Part shown: in pieces, positions 38,220 through 50,919 of the stretch
Position numbering within the stretch: position 1 is the stretch's first letter
Layout: every line of letters starts with the position of its first letter
Source of the DNA: the human T2T-CHM13v2.0 reference genome, Homo sapiens
Strand: one strand, 5' to 3'
Length of the DNA stretch: 64,000 nt
Assembly (NCBI RefSeq): GCF_009914755.1
Contig: NC_060926.1
The notes under the pieces: generated by a model
The model's input: the letters and a program-made list of their open reading frames with translations, nothing else
The model's database searches: none
What the model was told of the DNA's origin: nothing
Program-made: the position numbers and the translations under genes

Positions 38220-39899
38220 CTAAGGGCCATGAAAGGGGTGCAGTGTCCAAGGGAGCTGGGAAGAGAGGCTGCCTCCTGTGCCACTGAAGGGCAGGCTTCA
38301 GCCCTCCAAGCGCTGCTCATAGGCACGGTGGTTTGTGCAGCTTTCATTGTGGCAGGTCTAACTGTATTTCCCAACATCCTCTCTCATCGTTCTCTAACTT
38401 TCTCCTTACAATGCCTCATCTTTTGGCGGAAGTGACTTGCATCTCGTATGTTACGGTTCTGTGTTGAGGTCCTGCGTTTTAACTGTGTGAATGATAATTG
38501 TCTGGAAAAGCTGGGGGCCCTCGACAGCCATGTTTGCACGTTCTTTAGGAACAAGGGGAGCTTCAGCACACCAGCAGCCTCCACACCCCGCCTCTACCTG
38601 CCAACCCCTTGTGAGTCCTTCAGGTTTGTCCACAGCCCTTGTCATCCCTCCTCGTGGTCAATATGCACACATATATATGCTTATTAACTCTCTCCGTTTG
38701 CTGGAACCTAAGCTCTTTAGGGCAGGAGCTTTGTTTATTTACTGCTATTATCGCAGCTCCTAGGAGACAGCCTGACCAGGGCATGGGTCTCTCTGTCCCT
38801 CCATGTGTCTGGATGTTGTCTAGCCCCACACCAAGCACATGGTAGATGGGCCACATGGCACTGCCTCCCCTTGGTTTGGCGTGGAGGGTAGAGTTGCCTT
38901 AGTCAGTCTTTAACTGGCTCTTGGCCATCTTAGTTGACCAAGATGGAGAAGAGAGCAAGAGTAGGGTGAGGCCGGTTGAGGGTAGAGGTTCAGGGGTGCT
39001 ATTTTGTTCATTTCCTGTGTGAAGAAATTGAGGCTAAAAGAAATGACATGCCCAGGGTCACGTGGCCAGGTGGCTAGGCTGGGGCTGGAGCTGCCTTCGA
39101 GTCTGTGCGGTTCCAGTTCATGGAGCACTGTGCAGTTTTCTCCCTGACCTCCATCTGCTTCCTTCTTGTACCCTGGGTGCGGGCCATCCTGAGGAGCGGG
39201 GACCTCTCCATCAGCACGTGGGCAGGGTGGGAGCTGAAGTGTAACAGGCATGTCGGCTCCAGCGACACACAGCTTGGACATCCTTACACACCGTTGGTGG
39301 GAGCAGCACAGAACTTCGGCTCAGCAGCATGTATCCAGAGCCCCACGAATGCTCATGTTCATGAGCCTGTGTCTCAAAAGCTGCCCCAAAGTCATAATCC
39401 TAATTACTGAAAACACACAGAAGTACTGATTTATGGTCATAAATTTGGAATCCTTCTAAGCAGCTGGGAACTGACTAAGCAAACCAAAGCATATTCTGCT
39501 CTTTATGATGTTAAAGAAGAAAAGAATCCTATTACTTATCTTCTATGACATATAACACTCAACCCATGGGATGATATCTCACAACCAAATTGCCTCTTTT
39601 TTAAGGCTGGGCTTCTGCATATCAGGTTTTCCCATAGCTGAGGACACCAACACACTTTTTCTAACCACATAATGTCAGTAGATAAGAGCAGGGATGTACT
39701 TCGAAGCAGCGGCCTGAGTTTGGTGTATTGCTGTACCTTGAGCGGAGTGAAGTGGCCAGGTGCATTCAGGACCCTGGACAAAGCCCCTCGCTGTACTGGC
39801 CTAAGGAGCCCACCTTCCCCACTCAGATAGGACACTTTCCTGTGCAGCAGTGGGTCATTTGACTGCATGTGACTTTTCATAGAAACAGCTAAGTTTCTA

Positions 39900-40290
39900 A
39901 AGATGAGAAATGTATGTGATCAAAGAGGGCTCCTACATCTAATTACCTTCCTGATTTAATTGAGTTTTCTGCAAGACGCATTCAGTCTCTCCCCAGCCTG
40001 CTCACCCTCACACGTGAAACAGAATCTCTTTTCAATTTAGCAGATCTGAGCACCCAACTTGAGAAATGGTAGTGGCTGATTATGTAAAAAGGGAAGAGGC
40101 TGGGGAGAAGCGGGAATCTCTCAAAATGATTTCATTTCCACCTAACAGCGCTGCGCATCGTGCCTTCCCATTTATCGGAGTTCACCGTATTAATTTAAAC
40201 TTTGTGCTGCTTGCATTCAGCTAAAAATCAGCTAGAGAACAATTTGATTTTTGAGCCTTAACTATAAATTCCTGATATGCATTGCATTCC
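39900..40290. promoter_or_regulatory. Putative enhancer block
   Basis: ATCAAAG at 39919, TAATTA at 39940, TGATTTAATTG at 39952 and TATTAATTT near 40188; repeat-free. Confidence 0.35.
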
Positions 40291-40898
40291 CAAGCATGCT
40301 CCCTTCTGTCACACTCCCCACGGCTTCCCCAGGCTTTCTGCCTCACTTGGCCACTCTGTGTTCCTTCTGTCATCCCTTCAAACTGGATGATGCCATTCGG
40401 CACCAGCTGGCCCTCTGGCATGAAAAAAAAAAACTGTTGTAGTGGACAAGAAAGGAGAGATACCAGGAAACGGATGGGGTGCAAAGAAAGTGACAGGAAC
40501 CAAGAGGAGAGAGCAGAGGAGTATGACCTGGGAGGCGAGAACACAGAGAAGCTTGAGAAGCCCAGGGCTGTCCCACCTGTGGTCAGGAGGAGGCTGGGGG
40601 ACACCCCTTCAGGGTAGGGCCCCATGAGCAGCTCAAGACTGGGACCTCCTGTGGGTCAGCTGTGTAGAGCCAGATCCTGGTAGGTGGCTGGAGGCCAGAC
40701 AGCCACGTCCATTTGTTCATCCAGACTCAGCTCATGGCCCAAGTCTCATGATGGCCTTTAGCTTCAGTTTCTGGGGGAACCCAGCCACCCTCCTGTCCCC
40801 TCTGACCCTCTCCCCCGTCTCACTAGACCGTATAGTGGACGTTTTAAAATCTTCCTTATTTAATTGCTTTGTAGCATTTAATACAACGACCTCTCCCA

Positions 40899-41055
40899 TT
40901 TTTTTTAAACAGCTTTATTCAGATAAAAATCACATAACACACTTCTCCCATTTAACAGGTGCAATGCAGTAGTTTTTAGTATCTCACAGATACCTGCAAC
41001 CATCACCACAGTCAATCTCAGAACATTTTCATCGTCTCAAAAAGGAAACTCTGTT
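40899..41055 (-). mobile_element. L1MB-like 3' terminal fragment
   Basis: aacagctttatt...tttttagtat.tcacaga...tgcaaccatcaccacagtcaat...agaacattttcatc. Confidence 0.8.
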
Positions 41056-41589
41056 CTTGAATTGGTGGTCAGAATATGTACTTTTTTCTTTGTAAGGCTT
41101 TATAAACATATTTCAGTAATCAAGGTCCTCATCTCAATGGAAGATCAAATTTCCTAAATTCCTACTGACTAGGCTTAATTTAGAGAGATCTCTGGGCGTA
41201 ATTGAAAATGGCCCAAGTAGGCAATTCTTCTCTCCTGTGTGTTCTCTTGGTTCTGGCTCCTCCTATTGTATTCCTTTCCTCCCCGTTTTTATAACTCAGT
41301 CTAACACTGTGTTGTCTTTTCCTTTCGCCAACACCTGTCATCTTCCTGGGCCCCCTGCCGTGTCCCCGCTGCCCCTCTGACATTGTGTACCTCTGTGTGA
41401 GCGGCAAAGGGAAAGGGACAATAATGCCAGTCTCTGAAACATCTTCAGAGATGGGGAATTCAAGTCAACCTCCTCCCGCTGAAAGCTCCCGTCAAAAGGA
41501 CTATGCGAAGGGGTGAGGTTTTGAACCTCACTTCACACTCACCTTTTAACAGAGACCCAGGATGTTGTGATTTCCTTGGATGGCAAAGG

Positions 41590-41830
41590 TGGCCTGTTCT
41601 TTATTTACCGGCCTACACATCTCTGTAAGCTTCAGAAAGAACAGAGCCCTTATTAAAGATCCAAATTAGCTTTATATCGTTGGCCGTGTATCAAAGGAAG
41701 TGCGTTTTAATTTACGAGTTCCTACAACGACTTCATCTTGAGTTCACAGGGGGCTTCAGCCCTCAACTGATTTCCTCTCCTGGCACCTACAAATGGGCCT
41801 GTCTTTGATAATTTTAAATTATTTTAATAC
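41590..41830. promoter_or_regulatory. Putative TCF/LEF + posterior-HOX/CDX + ETS enhancer
   Basis: ATCAAAG 41690, GGAAGT 41696, TAATTTACGA 41708, CTTTGAT 41803. Confidence 0.4.
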
Positions 41831-42479
41831 CAAGCAAAAAAGGATTTTTAGTCATGTACCTGACACTGCCAAATAGGTAAATTAAGGTGTGGGTGGAAGT
41901 CAGCAGGGGCAGGGGGCCGATACATACGTGCTTAGCATTTTCCTCTCTCTTTTCTTTTGTCTTTCTTTTCCTTTTTTTCCATATAGATGCATGCTTCTTA
42001 TGAACATGTTTTAAAGCATTTTGTATCTTTAATCAACATGTAGAAAATGAACAGCCAACCCTTCGGGAACCATTGCAGCTCTCCCAGAGTGAGTGTTGCC
42101 TGCTCCTAGCAAATTCGTGGCGTGCCCCTCATCAAACTACGTCCCCTGAGGGAGAGTGGTTGGAGGTGTTTCTGGAGGGCCCTGTACTCCCTGAAATCCA
42201 GGCTCCAGGGTCAGGGAAGATCTGACCCGGGAGAGGATTAGGGCCCTGCTAACGGCAGCAGTAACAGCGGGAGTCCTTGCAGCAGGGAGGCTTGCAGAGA
42301 TCAAGTGCACCTACGCCCAGCACCTCCCCCAGCGGACACATTTAGAGACCCTCGGGAGCGCGAGGGATATGAGAATCACAAGCACAGAGACTCATCTCTT
42401 GAATATCACCCGGGATATCAAAAACCTATCAGCACACCTGGCGAGGACCCTCACCAAGGCGAGCTCCCTGCAATGGTTC

Positions 42480-43230
42480 ATCAAAAATTGCCCAGCTAAT
42501 GATCGGCTGGGCAGATAATCGGAGGAGAGTTAATTGTAAGGTTCGATATGGCATCTTGTCAGCAGAGATAAGTTGTCACGTTTTCCACTTGAGCTGAAAC
42601 TAAATGATTGTAAAATAAGTTATGAGTGTCCTTGGGCCTGTCTGCCGGAATGATAGCTAAGAATACATTCCTGGCCCATCAGTCTCAAGCAGGCTGCTTG
42701 ATATTTATGCGGACGGAATGTTATTTTATTCCCCCTCTAGTCATGCTTGTCAGCTCTCCGAGTGAAAAGTGAAACTGCTTCTTTGACTCATACTTCACGT
42801 TCCGAAGCTCGGAGAGACTGCAGATTGTGATCATTATTGCTCGTATTATATATTTTTTGGGGTGTGCGTTGAACATTGATGCCCGATTGGGAAGAACTAA
42901 TGGCTGACATTGAATGTGCGGGATGGTGCCGGCCCATCCCGGCTCAGCGCCGCGCAGCTCGGGACCCCAGTCCCTCCGTCAGAGCCGGTTTAGATGTGGA
43001 GTAATGAGGCGCTCGCTTTTTTAATTTGGCATGGCTTTTTTCTCTTAGCCTCTCCCCTCCCATACTTAACGCCGTCGACAGTAGTCGTCTGTCCCGGTGC
43101 CCGGTAATTGATACAAAATAAAATGCATTCTTTGTATGCAGCCAGGAGGAGCGGATGGCGCTCCGTGGGCCGGCTGGAGCTCATTTACAGTGTCTCAGGC
43201 GGGGCTTTCGGGGCCTCTTCAATTTGAGGA
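42480..43230. promoter_or_regulatory. Putative conserved enhancer with CpG-rich 3' half
   Basis: Repeat-free; many TAAT/TAATTG, AGATAA, TGTCA and TTTATG motifs; CpG density rises at 42920-43210. Confidence 0.5.
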
Positions 43231-45537
43231 ATACCTTGTCAGGCGAGGGGAGTAGTTGGAATGGAAAAGCACAGCGTGGAAGCCTAGTGCGTTGTGATTG
43301 CTCATATTTTAAACCAGGGGAATGTTAAACAACTCCTTGAAAGCGAGCTCTCGACACCTAGAAGCCAGGGGCATTCATATTCCCGTGGCCGAGCTCAGCG
43401 CCCAGTGGACGGGAACCCGGTCCTTCTTGCCATGAGAACACCCAGCCCAGGAGAGGTCAGGGCCTGGCCTCCAGGTGGGTCCTCTCTGGTCGCTCCTCAC
43501 TGGTCTTGAGTCCCAGGTGACACTTCCTGCCCGACTTCTGTCTCCTGCCACGGCCCCCCTCAATTCACATCCTAATTCACCCCGCCATCACCTTCTCAGC
43601 ACCATGATGGCCACTCCCTCGTGTAGCCGGTTCCCCTGCTGCTGCAGCCGGGCCCTCCCACAGGCAAGCATCTGGAACTAGCACCAGAGCTTCCTCCTGT
43701 CAAAGCTGTGCCACTTTCCCCACTGGCTGCCTGTCCGCTCCTGCCAAACCTGCTCCCACCCGCCCCAGCCCAGAGCATGTGGCTTCTCTAAGGGCTTGAG
43801 TGCCTCCCTTTTGGGCCACCGTAGACACCCCACCTCTGAGTGGTCAGGCGCCACTGGTTGTCTCCTTCCAGCAAGAAAGTTGGAGTAAAATGTCCAGGGC
43901 CTGGGCTATGGAGTGTTGGAGCATTGCCGTGGCAGGAGAACGCAGTGGGCAGAGACGCACCCTGCCCTGCCTGCAGCATGGCCTGGAAAGTCACTGCCTC
44001 AACTCCATGCCTCCAAATGGGGGCGGGGAGGGTGCTTGCGGACCCACCCTGGAGGACCTCGGCCCTGTAAGCAGCAGATCAGAGCGTGGGCTGGTGCTGC
44101 TTCCAGGATCACAGGTGCTTTGCACACGTCAGTTACTCGAGTCATAGCCTCCTGAGGACGACTGCAAGGAGCTCATGAATGCTGGCCTGGCTTTCTGTTT
44201 CCATTCTTGAGATTGCAGTTGTTTTTATCCCATGACAACCCTGTGTCCTCTGAAAAGCTTGCCTCCTTCTCCCCGCAGTGGCCAGGACAAGGCTCACATT
44301 TTTCTGTTCTCTGTCTCCCCAGCCCTCTCCTGGGCTTTCTCCCGGTGCAATGACACCTTCATCTCCCTGTTGGTCCCATTCTCTGGGGTGGCTGGAGGTG
44401 GCCTGGGTATGCTCGGTCCAGTGCAGGTGGGCGTGCGGACTCTTCCGTACCTCACTTCTCCCTGCACCTGTGGCCCCTGCTATCGGCGTGCTTACTGGAG
44501 ATGCGATTCCCCTCTTCCTTCTTTGTTCAGGTAGCAGGGCCCAAGAAAAATCGTCTTTTATGGAAGGCATCAAGCAAGAAATTTGATAGGCATTCTCTTC
44601 ACTCTAGAAATCAGCCCCGTGGGACAGGGGTCTTGCCCTTTATTCTCTGACAGCGGCCAGCTCCTAGGGCACGCTTGGTGCGTGGGGACACTCAACAGGG
44701 AGATGCTTTCTCTGTGTCAATAGACTTCACTCATGGACTCAGTCGTTCGCCTAAAAATAGATTCCAAATGGTTGGAAACTCATAGGACAGTGGTTTGGCA
44801 CAAAAGCGTGCTTGTGGCTGGTTTTAAAACTAAGTCGCGAAATTGATACACTGCTGTGTGATACACCAGAAAGTGGTCCGTTCCATCCACCCGCGCAAGT
44901 GTCTGTCACACAGAGGTTAGTTCTTTCATAAAACTTTATTACGTATCGAACCCCATTACTCATCCTGAATCTGTTTCAGGAAGGATGTGTGCTGGTGAAG
45001 AGGATGAGCGAAGGCCTGCCTTCCTGAAGCTCGAGCGCTCATAGGGAAGATGTTCCGTAAACAAAGAAACACGCATGGAGCATGTCATGTCCCCATGTGG
45101 AGAGAGCCACGGAGCACAGGGGGCCGGGAGGGGCTGGATGCGCCAGTGGCCAGCTTGGGGAAGGCCTCTCTTGGGGCTTCCTCCTTTGGCTCCTGGAGTC
45201 TAAAACTTCCTGGTGTCCCTTCTGCCTGCCTAGCAGAACCCCTCCACACGGCTCCCCGTCTAAGGCGGCAGGGATGAGCTGTGTGGATGCTGCTGAGACT
45301 GGTGTGACTGCTTTGAGCCTTGTCCACTGATGCAGCACCTGCAGGGTGCCGCCGGCCCCAGCAAGGACACACCAGTGGTTGGTGGGATGTGAGCGGGACT
45401 GGAGTGAGGCCAGCCGTGGACAGCAGTGCAGAGGGACAGGCCCTAGGGAGTTGTGCTTTAAAGAAGGGCAGGAGTCAAATGTCCAGGGTGGAGGTGTGCG
45501 GCCAAGGGAGAGTTGTGTTAAAAATGTGAGATGACAG

Positions 45538-45793
45538 GGCCGGGCGTGGTGGCTCATGCCTATAATCCCAGCACTTTGGGAGGCCAAGGCGGATGGATCA
45601 TGAGGTCAAGAGATCGAGACCATCCTGGCCAACATGTTGAAACCCGTCTCTACTAAAAATACGAAAATTAGCTGGGCGTGGTGCAGGAGAATCTCTTGAA
45701 CCCAGGAGGCAGAGGTGGCAGTGAGCCGAGATCACGCCACTGCACTACAGCCTGGTGACAGAGCAAGACTTCGTCACACACACGCACAAAAAA
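45538..45793 (+). mobile_element. AluSc-like element with ~40-bp internal deletion and TSD
   Basis: gtcaagagatcgagaccatcctggcc; the right arm jumps ggcgtggt|gcaggagaat. TSD gtgagatgacag on both sides. Confidence 0.93.
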
Positions 45794-45944
45794 GTGAGAT
45801 GACAGCTCATGTTTAGTGCCGGGTGCTGGGTGAGCGAGGGTGGGTGAGCATCCATTTCCCAGGGGAGGGGCCCCGCGCCCATGGAGACTGCTGGGGACAG
45901 GCTGGGGCAGGGCGGGGTGGAGGGTGTCCTCTTCTGATGGATGC

Positions 45945-45995
45945 TTTTGGTTTTTGGTTTTGTTTTGTTTTGTTTTGTTTTGTTTTGTTTTGTTT
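45945..45995. repeat. (GTTTT)n microsatellite
   Basis: Direct observation. Confidence 0.9.
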
Positions 45996-46674
45996 CAGTG
46001 AAGTGAAAAGTGAGGTCATCGTGAGGATGGTGTGGGGCGTGGGGTGTTTGAAGCGGGAGGAGAAGCTTTGAAATAGCCCCTTGGAGAGTGGGAAGTGGGT
46101 TACTACAGAAGTGAGGTAGGATTGAAGGGCAGGCCAGAGGCCACTGAGGGGTACACTGACCACACAGAGGAGGCCGGTGTGCATGGCACCACCCTCTCCC
46201 AGCCCTGGCCCATGACGGTGCTGAGCAGGTGGAGGGCTGGAAGTCAGTGAAGTTGGGGCTTCCTACTCAGGAGAGATGGTGGGAGAAGGGAAACTTACAA
46301 GGGTGAGTTTCAAGTCGTGTGCGATGCTGCCCGGCTGTATAAGAAAAACCGTGGGATGTGAGCGGGTTGGACGTCAGATGGCATGGAACTCAGGGCATAG
46401 AGGAGCCACGGGAGTGAAGGCCTAGTGAGCTGGGGAGGCAGGGGTGGGGGTGGCAGTTAGACCCTAGAAACTGTGGTTCTTGCTGGTAGCAAGCCTGGGT
46501 GAGACCATGAGAGAGGGTGTCTGAGGTCCAGGGCAGAAGAGATTCATGAGGGTGGAGTGGCACAGAGGCCAGGGTGCTGGAGAGGACACCCAGGAGGCTG
46601 AGATGCAGACAGACCAAAATTCCAAAGGAGGTGTGTGCGAGAGGTTGAAAACTAGAAGCTCTGGTTGAAATTCC

Positions 46675-46878
46675 ATGGGGTTTCTCGCTATTGATATTTT
46701 AGGTATTTGAGACTGTTCTTTGTGGCAGGGGCTGTCCTGTGCATTGTAGGGCATTTTTCAGCACCTCTGGCTTCTACCATCTGATGCCTGTAGCACCTCC
46801 ACTCCACCCAGTTTGATACCCAGAAACGTCTCCAGCCATTGCCAGAGGTCCTGGGTGGGGGTTCCTGGAGAACCGGTG
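46675..46878 (-). mobile_element. MER20 DNA transposon
   Basis: ggggctgtcctgtgcattgtagg...tgtagcacc...gtctccag.cattgcca. Confidence 0.8.
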
Positions 46879-49399
46879 GATCTGTGGGAATCCAGAGTCC
46901 CATGGGGCTAGAAGTGCTCGTGTGGAAGGACACAAAAGGAAAACGTGGATGTGGAGGAAATGCTGATGGGTTGGCTGTGGTGGTCTCTTAGAGGAAGGTG
47001 GGTGGTGGTATTTCCAAGTGCTGTCTCCTTCCCAAGACTGCCACTTAGCTGCTTCCTCCAGGTGAGTCCGGGATTTCTCGGACTCACCAAGAGAATTATA
47101 AATATTGCAAGATATGGAGAAAGCTTAGAAATGAGAGGGCCCTGTCCCTGTCAACTGTTTTGCAAAAAGTTTTCTACAGCTAAAAGTGGGAAGGGGCCTA
47201 GAAACAGACGTGCCATTTTGATTTCCAGAAACGTGAATTCTGAGCTAGATGCCAGTGAGTCAGGTCACAACCAGGTGGGATTCTGAATTCAGTTGTTAAA
47301 GGGCTGCTTTGTGTGCACATAGAAAAGGAAACAGATGTATTTGAACAGAGGTAGTTTATTAAAGAGAATGAATAGACATCAAATAGATGGCCCTTTATCG
47401 TTTTCAGTTGTCAAAAATACGTGTGAGTTGGGTACCATATAGCCCTCAGCAGAGTATTTGACAAGATTTTTCCTTGGTTTCCTCATAGGCAAGTTGAAAG
47501 ATATGTGAGCTGAACACAAAGACAGTGTAATTTATCTAGGCTCAGTGGTCACTCTTAGAATCTTCCAGGAGCGGATGGTGCATGTTAAGGTGGGAAGCTC
47601 TATCTTGACTCCACCCTGTTCACCATCTTTTTCATTGATGTGGATGGATATATGGGAGTATATGCTCAGAACGGTCAAGCATAACTAAGGCGATAGTGAA
47701 GAGTAACAACACATAGGCTTAGAACACAGAGACATAGAGTGGTGGCCTGGAATAGAGAGCCTAGCGGTAGACCTACCACGCCCCTGTGGAAGCCTGTCGT
47801 GTGGACGGCATAGCTAATGTGTGTGTTCTGAGTGTCTTCGAAATAGCGGTGTACACTCATAAAAACAACCGCTGGATAACGGAAGAGAGTTTATGATATA
47901 ATGCACCTACTGTAGGCTCAGCATTGCACAAGTCACCACAGGGGAGGCGAGCACTGGTGGTTGCCCTGGGCACAGGCATGCTAGTTAGATTGAGATAAGC
48001 GACTGGCAGCCTCGTGCAGAAGGTCCTAACTGTGGGCTCCGTGGGAGTGTAGAGATGAGAAATGTTAGTTTGGGAGAGAGTGTTACAAACACAGAGTGAC
48101 AGAGGGAAGGACGCACAGTTGGGGATGAACATGGCCTGTCGAAATGAGAGGACACCCAAGGGACAGAGTAAAATAATATGATTTTAATATAATAATATTA
48201 CTTAATAGCGGCCCCTGGCAGCCGAGGAGAGTTGCGTTTGCCTGTTCTGCTTATCTCCCTGCAGGACTAGGGTTGAGCTCTCTGAGGGCAAAGACAGTCA
48301 CAGTGACCATTGTTTCCCATGGCCTGGCACCATACCTGGCAAAGTGGGCTCCTAACACTGAATAGAGAGGATGGGATGGTAAAGACTTGGGAACCCTGGG
48401 CAGAAAATATTTAAAATGAGCAAAAAGATTGCCTGCCTGGTTTGAGCATTGAATAACACAGAGAAGGGTTGCTTTAGAATCAGGTAATGATCTTGGGGTC
48501 TCTGGATGCCCCACCCCCTGAACGTTATGAGGCTTCTGAACACTGTTAAATCATAAATAAAAATTAATTAGGCTCGCCCTTTTTTTTCCAAGATATCTAT
48601 AGCTTTTATCTGATATTCAGTGGAATCTAGTATTTCAGAAATACATATAAGAACCACTACTTTAGAAATATCAGTATTGTAAAATCATGGGACAGCTTAA
48701 AAGGTGAAAGTCTGGGAGGAGAAGGACCTCGTGGAGCTGGCCGCACAGTCTAGGCTTGGGGGTAAGGTAAGAACTGGACCAGGGGTACGTGGTGCTTAAA
48801 TGGAGAGCAGGCAGTCATGGAGCGGCTTTGTGAAAACAGGCTGAGCTCGAGGTCCCAGGCTGCTCAAGGCAAGGGAAGTGTCTTATTTAAACCTGCCCGC
48901 TCCCACCTCTGCAGTTCCACCACAACCAAACTGTCATAGTGCAGGCTCAGGGGGTCTCAGGACTGCTGGCTACACCTCGGGTACAGTTAACCAAGGAGGT
49001 TTACCAGATGTCCACCGTGGAAAGCAAGTGTTGGGCAGAAGTGGCAGGGAAGTGGCAGTTTCAAGGGTGAAGCCCAAGGTGATAGCAGAGAAAGCTGCCC
49101 GGAATGCAAAGGTCAGAGTGAGTGCTGTTTCTTGGGAGCCGGCTGCCGGGAAGAGAGGGTCAGGTAGAGCCAAGCCTGGAACTGGTGTTGGTGTCATGCA
49201 CATGGAGAATGCCCCTGTGGACGTAGGGAGGAGAGGCAGGAAAACATGGCATCTTGGGCCAGCACAGTTAGCATGATAAGGGAAAGGAAGTCTTACGGGG
49301 GCGAAGGAAGGCACAGTGAAACAGTGTGCCGTTTTGAAGAAGCAATGGTGAAGGAAGCCAGACTTCAAGGAGTCAGGAAGAAACACAGTGGATTTAAAC

Positions 49400-49630
49400 C
49401 CTCTATCTGGATAGGAACCTTGTCTGGAGAGGTCTGCAGCGGTTTTGAGCAGACCTGACCGAGCTCTGTGACTTCAGCAAGTTACTTAACCTTCCCCTGT
49501 GCCTTGGTTTTCTAATCTGTAAAGTGGAGGTGGTAGGGATACCACGTGCCTCAGCGGATTGCTTAAGAGTCCTGAACGCATTGCTGAAGGTAGAGCCTGG
49601 AATAGCCCCTGTTGGGTAGTAACTTTGGAT
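49400..49630 (+). mobile_element. MIR relic
   Basis: tgtgacttcagcaagttacttaacctt...gccttggttttctaatctgtaaagtgg. Confidence 0.75.
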
Positions 49631-49841
49631 GAGTGTTTGCTGTTGAGACTGTGGCTTCAAGGGTTAAGGAAATAACCCTTTAAGGAATAATGGGGTTTAG
49701 GAAAGTGGGCATGAAAGATCTTGGGACCTCTGAGGACAGAAGTGACGCAGTGGAGAGGGAGGAATGAGTGGAAGTGACCTGGCCAAGACACCTGAGGATG
49801 AAAGATGGGACCAGGACAAGCTAGGAATGTTCATTTAGCAA

Positions 49842-50277
49842 GAGAGGGGAGCCCATTCCTCTAGGGATGGAGAGAGGGGAGTCCGTTCCTCTGGGGATGG
49901 AGAGAGGGAGCCCTTTCCTCTGGGGATGGAGGAGAGGGGAGCCTTTTCCTCTGGGGATGGAGGAGAGGGGAGCCCGTTCCTCTGGGGATGGAGGAGAGGG
50001 GAGCCCGTTCCTCTGGGGATGGAGGAGAGGGGAGCCCTTTCCTCTGGGGATGGAGGAGAGGGGAGCTCGTTCCTCTGGGGATGGAGGAGAGGGGAGTCTG
50101 TTCCTCTAAGGATGGAGGAGAGGGGAGCCCATTTCTCTAGGGATGGAGAGAGGGGAGTCCGTTCCTCTGGGGATGGAGGAGAGGGGGGCCTGTTCCTCTG
50201 GGGATGGAGAAGAGGGGGGCCTGTTCCTCTGGGGATGGAGAGAGGGGAGCCTGTTCCTCTAAGGATGGAGGAGAGGG
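49842..50277 (+). repeat. G-rich VNTR, ~14 copies of a 29-32-bp unit
   Basis: Consensus ggagaggggagcccgttcctctggggatgga; copies counted by eye. Confidence 0.97.
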
Positions 50278-50919
50278 CGAGAAGGCCAGTAGAGGAGCCG
50301 TGATGGTGGAGTCACAACAGAGGCACCCCAGGAAGCTGACAGCCAGATTTCTGCCATTGATGTTACCTCTCACCTACCACCAGGGGACAGTGACCTGTCC
50401 GTGTGCCTCTGCATCTAAGGATGTGCGTCCATAGGAAGCACCTCCTGCCTGGTAGAGGGAAAGTTGCTGAGACACCGAATTGCCACATTTCTCGCAACTC
50501 CTTAAAGTGGTGAAGGGAACTTCCGCCTTTTGTGAGTGAGTGACCACCCACAAGGAGTGCACATGGTTGACACAGTCTCAGGTGTCTCATGGTGTCCAGT
50601 GCTGCCTGGGCTGCCCTGCAGGAGCCCTGGGGTGGCCCTTCACCCTCTTCGCAGGAGGAGCTCCCCACAGCCCTCTTCTTCCATGTGTAAAGGGTGCATG
50701 CAATGAAGGGTGACGCTTCCGACTGTGCAGAGAGGGGCGAGGGGTCTCTGCCTTAGGGCGGCCAGGAACGTACATCAGGGTGTTCTTGGGACCGTATGTA
50801 TTTCTCAGATACCTTAAATTGTGTGTTTGTACATTTCTCAACATATGATAAAATTTCCTAGAACTTCACAAAATAAAAATATTTTCAATTCATTTTGATT
50901 TCCATTATCTTTGTATTTG

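Noticed and set aside
45999-46009. 11-nt microexon after the (GTTTT)n tract
   Set aside because: The tract is a microsatellite in repeat-like sequence, the donor is mediocre, and the exon would frameshift with no supporting motifs.
49867-50303. Repetitive ORFs or a CRISPR-like array in the VNTR
   Set aside because: Head-to-tail minisatellite without unique spacers in eukaryotic DNA; the ORFs reflect low stop-codon content.
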